Source of the DNA: Hyphochytrium catenoides
Lineage: Eukaryota > Protista > Hyphochytriomycota
Direction of reading: 5' to 3'
Assembly: GCA_900088475.1 (NCBI GenBank)
Contig: FLMG01003042.1
Location: 1 to 34,498, forward strand
DNA: 34,498 bases
Shown here: in pieces, positions 11,716-23,300 of the stretch
Numbering within the stretch: the stretch's first letter is position 1
Layout of the letters: every line of letters starts with the position of its first letter
Notes under the pieces: generated by a model
Database searches by the model: none
What the model was told of the DNA's origin: nothing
The model's input: the letters and a program-made list of their open reading frames with translations, nothing else
Position numbers and translations under genes: made by a program

Positions 11716-13407
11716 CCTATTTTTGGTTCCTTCCTTTTTCTGGTTCCTTAAACTTGCTTGTATGCTCACCTCTCCTCGAAAAACGTTTTTGCCTCAATCT
11801 CTGTCTTTAGCTGGTTCCTCTTGCTTTTTCTCTCTCATTTGTCTCCTGACATTCGGTCACGGTAGGATCCTACCAAGAAGATAGTTTGGTCTGCAGACTT
11901 TGTAGAGGGAGAGCTTCCCTCAGATGGCCGCGCACCAGATGCCAAACGCTTCCGCCTCTCTTCTCAAGAAGGAGCAACAGGAAGGCGTCTACTGGACGTA
12001 AACACCGTCAGTCTCTTCGTTGAGAACTCCTTCGGAGAGAAGACATTTGCCGCTGATGTTCTCCATTACTTTGGGAACATTACGTTAGATCTAGCTCCGG
12101 CCTCTCTTTTCTCTTCGAACTCAAGCTTAAAGCCGTTGTACATCTCTACGGGCTGGTTGAAGGCAGGAGAGAGCGCTACCAACCCAGCTAACGGTGTCCT
12201 TGAAGCTTTCTATCAGGTAAACCAGATCTACCTATGGGTTCCCCTCCCTCCCTAATTCTTTCTCTTCCTCTCTTTTCTCTCTCTCACTCTCATCCACTTC
12301 GCTTGCTCTCTCAACAGTATTTCACTCTCTGTCTTTGGTCTGCTCCTGATCCTGATCCTGCTCTTCTAGTCAACCGCCGATGCGATTATCAGTAGTAGTG
12401 GTCCTTTCTGTCTCTTCTTAGTGGGTGCATTTCTCCAGCTTGGAGTCCCAATATCACGTCTTCTTCCCTCTCTTTTCCCCGTGCACTGCAAAGCGGTGGA
12501 TGTGGAGCGATGTCCTAGTCTTCATCACAGCGTTGACTCCCTCTTTCCTCTCTCCTAAAGGTTGTCGACGCCCCGGATGCTGAGGGAGAGTATAACCTCA
12601 CTGTCAGCTACTTCGGAACACTGGTTCTCTCTCGGAAACTCGAGCTGCGTTCGCCTCTTCCTTCTCCCTCTCGCACTCAAGCACAAGGACAGGCGCTTTA
12701 TAATGGCGTTCTCTATAGTAGAAATGACTTTTCTATCGTGGCCAAGAACGCTTTCGATGAGAATGTCTTTGACCGTCATTCTGCTAAGTTTAGAGAAGGC
12801 TTCCGTGCGACTCTGACTTGTGACGGAGGGGAAGACGGCGAGAGAGAAGAAAGTCAGGAGGAGATCGTTTCGTCAGTGACATTGGACAGGTTTGATGCTG
12901 GGAGAGGAGTGGTGGAAGGCTTCTACATGGTAAGCACAGTCAGGGAGAGTTGCCCCACTTCTGCTGTTTTCCATAGTCTTTCTCTTCCCATACTCTCTCT
13001 CTCCTCAAGGTATCTGAGGCTCTTCTTTCTCTGTCTTCTCCCCTTGCCTCACTTTCTCTTCTACCTCTCTCTTTCTCTTTTTGTCCTCTGTCGGCCGAGA
13101 AAATTGCTCTCGGCCATGTACTCTTGATGAGGGTATCGCTTCAAAAAAAATCCTCGCTACTGACACTTAACCGCTTTGCCGTCAGCTTTACTATGTGTTT
13201 CCGTTCACCGTCTTGAGACCCAGTCTTTCCTCGCTCTACTTGTTTCTACATGTTGCCGATTCTCTCATTCTCTAGCTCTAGGTTTCTTCCTCTCTCGGGT
13301 TTGCTGATTGCCTCGTGCGTCTCACTAACTCGCTTTTTCCCATGCTATCATGAGATTTACTCATTCACCTCTTTTTTTCTTGTCTCGGATTAATGTCCTG
13401 CGTCTTT

Positions 13408-13464
<57 letters not shown>

Positions 13465-14925
13465 TTCTCCCTCTCTCTCTCTTCTTGGTCACCTTTCTTT
13501 GACAACAGGTGAACTCCACCATGGACCAGATGTGTTCTCTATCCGTCACCTTCAACAACCAATCCATATCTGGCTCACCTTACACAGTGGCCGTCAAAGG
13601 CGTCTGTACGTTCTGCTCAACCTTCTCTTTCCTTTCCACCGGATTCTATTACCGTTCTCGCTTCTTTGTTCTCCACAATCGTTATCCCTTCATCTTGTCC
13701 TCTCTCTTCTAGTTTCCTCCTTCTTGTGTTCTCTCTCCAACCCTTCGGATCCTCTCTCACGTCTTTCCTCTCCGTTTAATTCTCTCTTGTTGCCTATCAC
13801 CCTCAATTCGATCTCAATCCCTCTTTGTGTCTCCTTCCTTCTCTCGTCCTTGTGCCAACAACTCTTTCTCTGTTTGTCTCTGGTATCCCGTAGCATGTGT
13901 GGCAGGATCAGCTCGTTCGCTTGATGGCTCTAGCTCTAAGCTCGTCTGCCTGGGAGTCTCAGGAGGTAAGGAGAGACTTACAAGCGCTCGCCTTCTCTCC
14001 TGTCCTGGCTTTCATTGTTCTCTCTTACTTTTCACGTTCCTCTGTCTTCAAGCAAGAAAAGCTTGATCTATTCTTTGGTCTGTCCTTGGTACTCTTCTCT
14101 CTTTCGCTGGTGATTTCTCTGATACTTCCGCTGCTAAGTTTCTCTAACTCTCTCTCTCCCTCTCTCTTTCATTGTGGTTGTGTGTCTCTCTCGCTTCGTG
14201 ACCCTCGTGTACCTCGCTCCACCCACTGCCATCAGTGTGTGCGGAAGGACAAGAGTTCCACTCAACCCGTGGCGTCTGTCTGGATTGCGGAATAGGTAGA
14301 GAGATTGATTGCCTCTCCTTTTTGTTGCTCTCTTGCTTGCCCTCTATTACTCGCCCGCATCTATCATGCGCAGGCCTTTCTCTCCTTTCTCTCCTCTGCC
14401 TGTCTCTCTCTCCTTCAAGCTGTTTCTTTCTCCCTCATCTTCTATTCACTCAATCAGATGTTGTACGAGAAGAGGAAAGTCTTCCCGTCGTGGTGCAGTC
14501 TTTCTTTTCTGGGCCTTGCTCTTCTCTCTCTTCTTCTTCTCTTCACTGTCATTGTCTTCTAATTGCCAACACGTCAGCTTCTGTCGCAGCGCTCTCTTCG
14601 TCGCAATGTTTGCCTCGCTCCGACCTCTTATCACTGCGTCTTCTTATTTTAACTTATCATGGACAGGTTACTATGGGTTCGATGGCATCCGCTGTCTCTC
14701 CTGTGAGAGCATGAAGACCAAGATTTCTTGTCTAGGAGGGACGAAAATTGTCAGCTTGCCGCAGTTTCTTCTAGACAAGAAGAGACTGAGGAGACTGGTT
14801 GGTGCACTGTTCTCTTTGTTCTCGCCCTTGTCTCTCTCAACTTAAGCTTAAGGGACGTGGTCCTTCTTCTTGGGTTATCGCACGTCTTTTCAAGAGCTCA
14901 TTTCTCTGTGGGATCTCTTTCTCTT

Positions 14926-14970
<45 letters not shown>

Positions 14971-17671
14971 TTCTCTCCTCTCTCTCTCCTCTCTCTTTCA
15001 CTACATGTCTCTTTCACTAAATGTGCCTCCTCTTTCTTTGTCGGCCGGACCAAACCTCGGGAAACTTTGTTCAACACATTCTCCGGTTTCTTCTTTTCAG
15101 CAACATGTCTTTGTCTCTCTCCTATCTCTCACCTCCTCTCTCCCGCAACGTTGTAGTTCTTGTCAACGGATTGGTCAAGTCTGACCAAACAGCAAGAAAC
15201 CCAAAGGAACCAGGAAATCCTTAGCTCTAGCGTCTACCAATGTCCGACTGGCTACTGCCCAGGTAAACACCTCGTTGTCCTGAGCTGATATCTTTCTTTC
15301 TTCTCACTCGGTGAACTTGGGTTTCCTCTTCTTTTCTCTCTCTGCTTTCCTCTCCCGTCTGTTTGGTAATATGTGGAGCATTTTGATATGAAAAGTCAGT
15401 CTTCTCTGAGGAGATGAGAGTTCACTCTGCTCCTTCTCTCCCTTTGCCTTTCGTCTCTTCTGTCTCTCCTGCGGGAACTACTACGCTAACTAGCTTTCCG
15501 CACAGTATTCCTCCTTCCACTCGCCTTATTTGCTGGCCCCATTGAACGATAGTTCCCTTCAAGTTCTCTCATGATCTGCCCTATCTCTCTTTCCTTTGGG
15601 TTTTTCCTTTCCCTTTCCAGGCCAAATATTGGAGAATGGCACTACCTCCTCCTCAGGGTGCATCGCCTCTAGGACCGGCGTGCTGTGCGGCTCCTGCTCT
15701 CCTGGTCACTCGCAGGGCTTTGGCACTTCTGAGTGCGTCGAGGACGACATGTGTTTCCCTCTCGTCTCTCTCTTGTTTCTCTTTCTCTTCATCTCTCTCG
15801 GACACAGCGCGATCTTAGCAGCAGTTGGCTGGCTCTCCCTTCCAGAAGTTGGGCTTGTGGCGATGATCCACAATATGAACAGAAGGAAAAAAGTGTCTGT
15901 TCTTGCCACCGCTCGGCCAGAAGGGGGAGAAACCGAGAGAGAAGAAGAAAGAAGAGATGAGCTCAGTAAAACAAGGGAGAAGGAGACTAGCAAGATATTG
16001 GAGCAAGAGGACAGCATGATGGCATCTTCAGAAGGAAAAGAATCTGACGGGAGAGGCGTTGCGCCAAGTGTCAGAACCTTTCTTGGCGGAGGAGGAGCAC
16101 CGCAAGAGCACTCTACCTTTCAGCAGAAGAGCTTCAAGATTCCCAATGCGGATATCTCTCCACCACTCTCTGCTGCCATCCCGGCGCAGACGATGAAGGC
16201 GAAGGAGCTCAAGTCCGTAGGAGAAGGAAGAAATTCTTCCTCCGGCACGCTGCCTCCACTCTCTCTGCCCACCCTGCCGTCTACGAGCGCCCCTAACTCC
16301 CTATCAAGCTCCCCTAATAAGTTTCTACCCGGCCGGAGGGCCGACGGAGGAGAGAGCAATGGAGAGAGAGAAGAGGGACCGGATAGGCCGTGGAGAAGAC
16401 GGAAAAGAAGCACCATGCTCTCCCTCTCTCGGTTGTGTCTCTCTTTTTCTCTCTCTCTCTCCGGCATATGGTCTCTCAAACCAAGCGTGAATGACTTTAA
16501 CGCGCTCGTCTTCTTCTTTCAGGTCTTCTCTTTCTTGGACGCCCCAGATATATTGCAAGGGCTGATCAACAGCCTGAAAGAGAATGATCTCTCTGTCTCT
16601 CTCCAGTTTCTCTTCACTGCAAAGGTCCCTTCTCGGTTCTTGATAACAGACAAATACTGCTTGTTAGCAGGGATGACAACACAGATGCAGCAGTTACTCT
16701 TCCTCATCTACTCCTGCTCGCCTTTCCTCATTCTGCTTGCTCTCTCGTTGGCCGGCTCTTTCGTCTTGCAAAGGAAGAAAGCAGTCAGAGTGGGAGAAGA
16801 AGAGCGAGAAGGAACAGGAGAGAAAGGCAAGCGACTTGGAGGAGAGACTCTGTTCATGAAGTGGGGCATCAAGTGCGTCTACATGGCGGTCAAGCTGGCC
16901 TATACCTCGGTAATGAGCAACTCTCTCGTCCTTCTGTCGTGTGTGAGAGTGGAAGAGAAGAGCGTTCTTTTCATAGATGGGAGTATAGAGTGCTATGAGG
17001 TCTGGCAGTATGGCGTGATGACACTTCTCTGTGTCTCTTCTTTCTATCCGTTTCTTCTTGCCTGGTATCTTTATACAACCAAGAGGAGAATACTCTCTGC
17101 AGCGCTAGGAGAAAGGAAAAGCTCCTCTCTGTCTCCAGAGTCTTCCCCTCCCCATCCACACCATCGGCACAGCAAGCTTGCCTCCCAGAGAAGCAGCATC
17201 GCGTTGTCCGTGGAAAACAGTCATTTTCTCTTCTTCTCTGAGGTGACGCGGCCATACAAGCCCTCATATTATCTATGGCCCACTGTGAACTATGTCCCTC
17301 TTACGCTGATGGTGTATGCCAAGGCCTTTGTTCCCAACCCCAACGCGAAGGCCATCCTTTACTCTATCATTCTCTCAATTGTGCTCGTGGTGAGGATCTT
17401 CCTCCCCGATACGCCCTATATCTCCTCTCTCTCTTCTACGGAGGACAAGGCTCTCTCTTGTCTGCTTCTCTCCGCAGCTATAGCAGCCACATGGCAGTCC
17501 TTGATTGCTCAAGACTCTTCTCTTTATAGTGAGTCAGTGTCACGGTGGATAGCTGTGTACAAGATGGTGATTTACGTGGCACCCATCATCTATCAAGCCT
17601 TAAAGGTGGCGGTAGGCATTGCCAGCTTCTATCGCACGTCTAAGGATAAGAAGGCGGAGCTTTCGCAGTAA
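8238..17671 (+). CDS. Multi-exon receptor-like protein (~1,540 aa): signal peptide + ANF-receptor/PBP1 Venus-flytrap domain + ~2 filamin-type Ig repeats + Cys-rich repeats + multipass (about 7) TM domain
   Basis: Hand-spliced GT-AG exons: 8238-8386, 9000-9211, 9591-9661, 9911-~10003 (donor in gap), 10135-10305, 10543-10840, 11141-11526, 11866-12216, 12561-12929, 13509-13605, 13894-13965, 14236-14295, 14667-14797, 15157-15262, 15621-17671. Phases are consistent. Venus-flytrap motifs: GIRFINE, VVALIGPYRS, PIYSPTTSSLNLDDK, MRTRP...FSW, YCFDAVILLASAL, SGASGVYYFD, IVW...PSD. Filamin-like: PSRTQAQGQAL...FSIVAKNAF and LSVTFNNQSISGSPYTV. Cys-rich: CLDCGIGYYG, CPTGYC, CIASRTGVLCGSC. TM region: LVFFFQV, LLSC...LFIDGSIECY, RPYK..YYLW. 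Confidence 0.85.
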
Positions 17672-18245
17672 CGACTGGGCGAGAGAGGCAGAGGTTCAGA
17701 GACGATTGGCCGCAAAGAGCAGATGCAATGAGCCAGTACCTCCTGGAGCTAGAGAGATGAGCGAGAGAGAGAGAGAAAAAGAAAGAGAGTGAGAGAGAAA
17801 GACAAAGGAAGAGAGATGTTGCCAGTCTTAATATTGGCGTGGTGGATAGATGAGAATCGCGCTCTTTCTCTCTTCTAAAGATGTTCCTCAGAGAAGACGG
17901 AGAAGCTTCTGGCTTCACTCTCTCTCTCCCTTTTGCTCTCTTGCCTCTCCGCTACCACTTCTACTTCCTTCCGCTCTGGATCTCCTTAGGCACAGTTGCA
18001 GTCCGTCACCCCTGTGACAGCTAGATTTTCCCATGTATTTTGGTTCTCTATATGTATGTTCATCTCTCTGGAGCTGTAAGATCAATAAAAGGCTCTTTCT
18101 ACTTGCTTTGGCACCGTCATGTCGGGGGCTCCCACATTTTCCATTCACCAGTTGCTGTCTTCCTCCTTCTCTGACCTCTTCCTTGTCCATCTGCTATGCC
18201 CTTTCTTGACCCATTGTTTGGGTCTCTCTCTCTCTCAAAACGCCC

Positions 18246-19100
18246 ATGGACCTTCTTCCTCTTTAGGAAGCTTGCGCCTCCACACTTTCCACCGCTTCGT
18301 CCACGCTCCCTGCCTTCTCATCATTCGGGTCGCGTTGAGCTCACTCTCTCATCGCTCTCGCCAGCTTTCTACACGGAGCTCTGCGAATTCTCTTTATTCG
18401 AAGGACAAGAAGTAAACGTTTGCTTTACGCTGCCATCTTCGGACGGATATGAAAGTGTCCTATATGTAGGTAGCAATCCAAATGATAATGCGCAATAGCC
18501 GTTCTCAATAGGAGCTCTTCGTGCTTTTGCTGCCTCTCTTCGCAAGTTGTGGAAAGTCTTTCTGGGTCCCCTTGGACATTTCATCAGTAAGTCCTTTGAA
18601 CGACAATAGCCTCTTCGGCACCTTAGCAAGGTATACTCTTCAGCCGCGAAAGACACTATTCATAGCCATGGGCTCTACAATCAGAAGAACCCGAACTTCT
18701 ATGTCACTGAAGCTTTATATCATTCCCCTGACCGTCAGACACTGCAACAGGCAACTTCTATTATTATGACGCTTCCACTACCATTGGGTCTCTACAGAGC
18801 ACGGACCACGATTTGAGACTATACAAAGGTTTAACTTGAAGCCCTGGCAGGAAGGCCTATATGTTTTACCAAGCTCACGTGCCCATCTGAAGCTTCCACT
18901 CGGCACAGTGCACGGTAAACCAGCCATCGAAGGCTACAGAGCTCCCACGATAACCTGAAGCTTCCGCGCAGTAGGATGGACAATCATCTGAACCTTTAGC
19001 AGGCTCCTAACGTGAAAGCATCACAGAGCTTCCCCACAGCACCGATCACGATCTGCCTCTCTTACAAAGCCCTTATTAAGAAGCCCATCTGAAGCTTCAT
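18246..19100 (+). pseudogene. Probable degenerate F-box/leucine-rich-repeat (FBXL-like) pseudogene
   Basis: ATG at 18246 gives MDLLPL*, then after a frameshift LRLHTF.RFV...RVALSSLSHRSRQL (F-box-like). LFASCGKSFWVPLDISSVSPLNDNSLFGTLAR resembles an FBXL-type LRR. ctgaagctt / ctacagagc motifs (HLKLP, NLKLP, LQS) recur every ~50-70 nt at 18700-19100. Multiple stops and frameshifts. Confidence 0.4.
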
Positions 19101-20398
19101 CGGGTCTGCCGCATCACGCTGGATCAGTAGAGCAAGCCGCGAGGAGGATGCGGGTCTGGCGTCTGCAGCTTTTGGCCAGCAGCAGCGGGACACTTGCACA
19201 ATGGATGCAGCTCCACCTCTCGTTGCCTCTGGCTGTTCCCAATTGATCTCTCCTTCCCACTCTGTCTATCATGCCTGATCTTTGTCTGTATCATATTACT
19301 CCGTCTGGCGGTCTGTAAAACCGTCTATGTGTACTCTGTCTCTGGCAATGACTCTATCTCTTGCTCTCTCTTTCTCGAATGGCTCTGTCCCGTATGTGAA
19401 GCTAGCTAATTTTGACATAATCGAGAGGTTGGAAGAGAAAGGGCAACCGTGGGAGAGGAGAAGCAGAGGGGAGAGGAACGGCTTTGTTCGAGACAGAACA
19501 GAGAAGAGATGACCTCACACAAGTAGGTTTACTTTGGAGAGGTAACCCAATACAAGGGTAATATAGGTCTATTGGGCTGACAAAGAGTGGCTCTAGATGT
19601 GTGTGTCTTGAAAGGAAGAGCGAGAAAGTGAGGGACCCCAAGGATCAAGGTTGGCTCGACTTGTTGTTACAGTGCATCCCTCCAAGTGTATGTACCAACA
19701 GGGGGGGACCCTGTCCACCCCACGGTGACGTCTTGGACTATTACGGAGTCAGCATTATCTATTAACTGTTGGAAGGGTGGGGATAGTCTCCGGTAACCCC
19801 AGTCACAACCGCTACCCTCTGAGACGCTAATAGTAGATATAGGGTCGGGGTGAGTACCCTCGCACTGTACACTAGTAGGTCTTTAATATCGGTTCTGATG
19901 GGCTTTCACAGAACAACAAAGGAGCTGTGCCAAAGAGCTTAAAGCCCCTGTGGCAAGGGGGGTTGTGAATGGCGCAATGCTGCACTTTTTTCCGCGGCAT
20001 AGACAAAGGGAGAAAAAAATTTTGGGGAAGTGTTCCGAGGTTTTTGCCGATGACGGGCATAAGCCTAAGTTATATTTAGGAACTCGGTCGCCTGGGTGTG
20101 AAGCTTGGTTGCTGTCGTTGGTTAGATGTATATCGCTTAGAGCCAGCGCACGTCCAGCTAGAGCCGTTGTTAGTCCTTTATAGAGTTCTTCAAGAGCTCT
20201 CTTGGTAGCTGTCTGAAGGACCTGCGTTTGCTTTGGCAAGGGGTTATTGGGGGTGCAGTACATCTAGTGCATCAGGAGGAGCGTGTCTCATTCTTACGAA
20301 ACCCAATGGTGCGTGCTGTTCTAGCGGCAGAGTATTCAGTCTCATGGCGGGGATAGAGCACAGGCTTTGCCATGGTTGAGAAGGCTAGTAGCCTAAAA

Positions 20399-23300
20399 AT
20401 GGCTTCTCGGGGAAGGAGGGCCTTTTGGTTCGTTCTCTTTGGGCTATGTCTGCAGCTTCTGGCTGCGGATCTCGCTCTTGCGCAAGGGCAGCAGTGTGGA
20501 ATATGCAAGGATTGTGGGAGTTGGTTCAGCGTACCTCTGTCATGCTGTGGAGGCAACAGTCCTTCATGTCAGGGGCTGCCATGTTGCGGTCCAGTCAATG
20601 GTATGCGTCGTGCGGCCATCTTGCAGCTTAGACCTATCCCGTAATCCCCGTCTGCTCACCTCTTCACTATCGGTGACTTCTTCTCTGGCTCTTTCTCTTG
20701 CTTCCCTATGCTCTCTATCTCTCTCGCACTTCATTCAGGCGGTTCTTTTCTGCATTTATCCTCGCATCGAGGTCATTCGAATGGATAGCAAACAAGCGCT
20801 AACATGAACTTCCTTCTCTATCATAGATAACTACAAGTACTCAGTCAACAACTGCCTGGCTTTCCCTGCTTGCAAAGCCGCACAGCCGCTGTGCTGCAGT
20901 AACAAACAGGGTTCCTGCTGCAATAACGTGAACGGACAAGAGGACCCATGCTGTGGCGGTAGGGACATCCTCCTCTTGGCCGTATTTTCCTTATCGCCCC
21001 ATCTCCCTCTCCATCTGTGTAACCTACCCTTCACAATTCACATCTCCTCTCTCTCTCTCTCCTTGTCCACTTCTTTATTAATTCTTCTGCCTGGCAAACT
21101 CTATGCTTTTCGGGTTGACTCTTCATCTTCCTTCGTCCTTTGGCGTCTCTCTTATGCAAATGCGTGACTGTTGTGGGCAACTCTCAGCTGGGGTTGCGGC
21201 TTTTGACGTCTCATCATCCTGTGTCTTGAGCACCACCTTGACGAGCTTCTTCCTGGCATTCCCTCACTGACCTATCGCCTTATTCCCACCGCGGTCCTTT
21301 CATCCTTTACTGAAGATTGACTTCCCACGCGTCCCTCTGTATGCCTTATCTTTTCACCTTACATCATCTTGCCCCTGCTTTTTCATGCTTTCTCTTTCCC
21401 CTTCTAGTCACTTCGACGCACTATCTCTGGCAGGCCAACGCCTCCGCGGTATCAATGCACAACAGCGTTGTTACTTTCACGATTCCCGCGTTTGACATGA
21501 TCAGGGAGTTTCCTCCTTCAGGGCAGCTCTCTCAAGTCATTCTCGAGCTGCCAGATGGCTGGGAAATCACCAGCCAAGTGCAGTGTGGTGTGGAGGTGCA
21601 GGATGGCACCGGATTCAAGAGAGAAACTAAAGGGTCTTGCATAAGAAGCTCCTCTGTGTCTCGGGGTAACCCGAACACCCCTGCGTCGATCCTCTTTTAC
21701 AACCTTGAGAGCTTCACAGGGGGAGACTTGACAGTTGTGGACCCATCTTACTTCCTGACCCTCATTATTAGAGGCTTAAATACGCCGTCATTGCCAATGC
21801 CAGCCCAGACGAAGCGCTTCTGGATGCTAAACGAATCGTTCTCCGTGAAGGCGGACTACAATGTCCAGAGAGTCGGACAAGGTCTGCTCTGTTTACATCT
21901 TTCTAATTCTTGTCTCATTCTCTCTTCTTTACCTCTTGCGCTACCTATGGTGAAACTTCTGAAGCAGAACCCTGGATTTCTACCCTTGGCGTGGCGAGTA
22001 TATGCCTTCATCCCTCATAGTTCCTTTCCATGAGCTGCTTTAGTCACTTCTCCTCCCTCTCTTCTCCGAGTTCTTCCACTCTCGCTTCATCTCTTCCGCT
22101 TGCTATCACTTCTCTGCTCACCGGACAATACGTCCTTCGCTGCAACTTTTTACAAAACAGGAGCGATTCGCACGGGTTTCTTCTCTCCCAAGAACGTGCA
22201 TGCCTCTATTCCTACAGAAGGACTGTTGGAGTTTATCTCCGAGTCTGCCCTTGAGCCTGATACGACGCTATTGTTAGACTTTCAGGAGACTCGCACCTTC
22301 ATAAATCCCAACGCCTCGTGGACGTTGGACAAAAATCAGGGACAGGTAGGCGGAAAGCTGTCTACAAACGTTACTCTTTCTCTATTCCCTTAAGGCTTCT
22401 TGTTACTGTCCCCGTTATTTCGCTTCTTCAAACTGTTACGACCGTTTCTGCACGCATGCCTTGAAGTCTTCAGCGTCTTGCAGCTGTCGTTCGTTGCCTC
22501 GCTTGAGCTTTTGAACTTTCTCACGTGCTTCCTATCTCACTCATTAAGTCCCTTTCGTTCATGATAGATTCCAGTGGCATGCGCTACCAATGGAAACGTC
22601 ACTACGCTTTGTAACCTGACGATTCCCACTGCCATCCCTCCGGACACCTCCGTCCGGTTAGGGGTCTCTAGCCTTGTCAATCCATCCATTGGCAACAAGG
22701 GGAGTGCAATCGGCATAGAGGCGAGGAGAGGAAACATTACAACGATGTCACTCTCCGCCCTACCTTCGTCTGTCATCTTGGAGAATGTGCTGCTCACAAA
22801 ATCTCCATCTCCCTTCTCTATTGTCTCTATCGTTATCTATGGCGTGTGCTTTCTCATCTGCGCAGGCCTGACCTGGACAAAAGCCTTGCAGTTTTCAAAG
22901 GTCTCCACGTCCCAGACTCCTATCTGGGCCCATCTGACAGCACTCTGTGCACTTTTAAACTTTCTGGTGCTCATCATTGGCAACGCGCTCTGGCTGACTG
23001 AGCCTACCATAACCTATCAATACCTCTCGGTCATATCTCTATGCCTGGTGTGGACCATGTTAGTGTCGGTCTGCTTCAACTGGGGCACGGCGATTGTACC
23101 AGGCAAGACAACGCTCTCGTACTCCTCCATACTTTGACACTCTATTTACCTTGTCGTCTGAGTTTGAGCTTAAAAGAATGGAAAGCCCTTGCTCGTCTCT
23201 CTATAGCCTTTTTTAGTTGTTGGTCCTTCCGGTCTATCGAAACAGTAGCGGTATCTGTCTAGGGCATTCCCTGGGCTGTGATCGATGTTTGAATCCTCCT

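Noticed and set aside
18700-19100. CRISPR-like repeat-spacer array
   Set aside because: The repeats are only ~9-13 nt, degenerate and irregularly spaced. The context is eukaryotic with no cas genes, and LRR-coding decay explains the pattern.
19883-20263. 126-aa minus-strand ORF as a possible transposase or Fanzor/TnpB fragment
   Set aside because: No DDE, RuvC or zinc-finger motifs; it overlaps the likely promoter region of gene 2.
21188-21270. Extra exon in gene 2 (AGVAAFDVSS...)
   Set aside because: It reaches a stop with no convincing donor, and exon 20958 splices in phase directly to 21408.
22100-22160. Apparent non-AG acceptor before DNTSFAATF
   Set aside because: A canonical, phase-correct acceptor (tttttacaaaacag|) exists at 22160.
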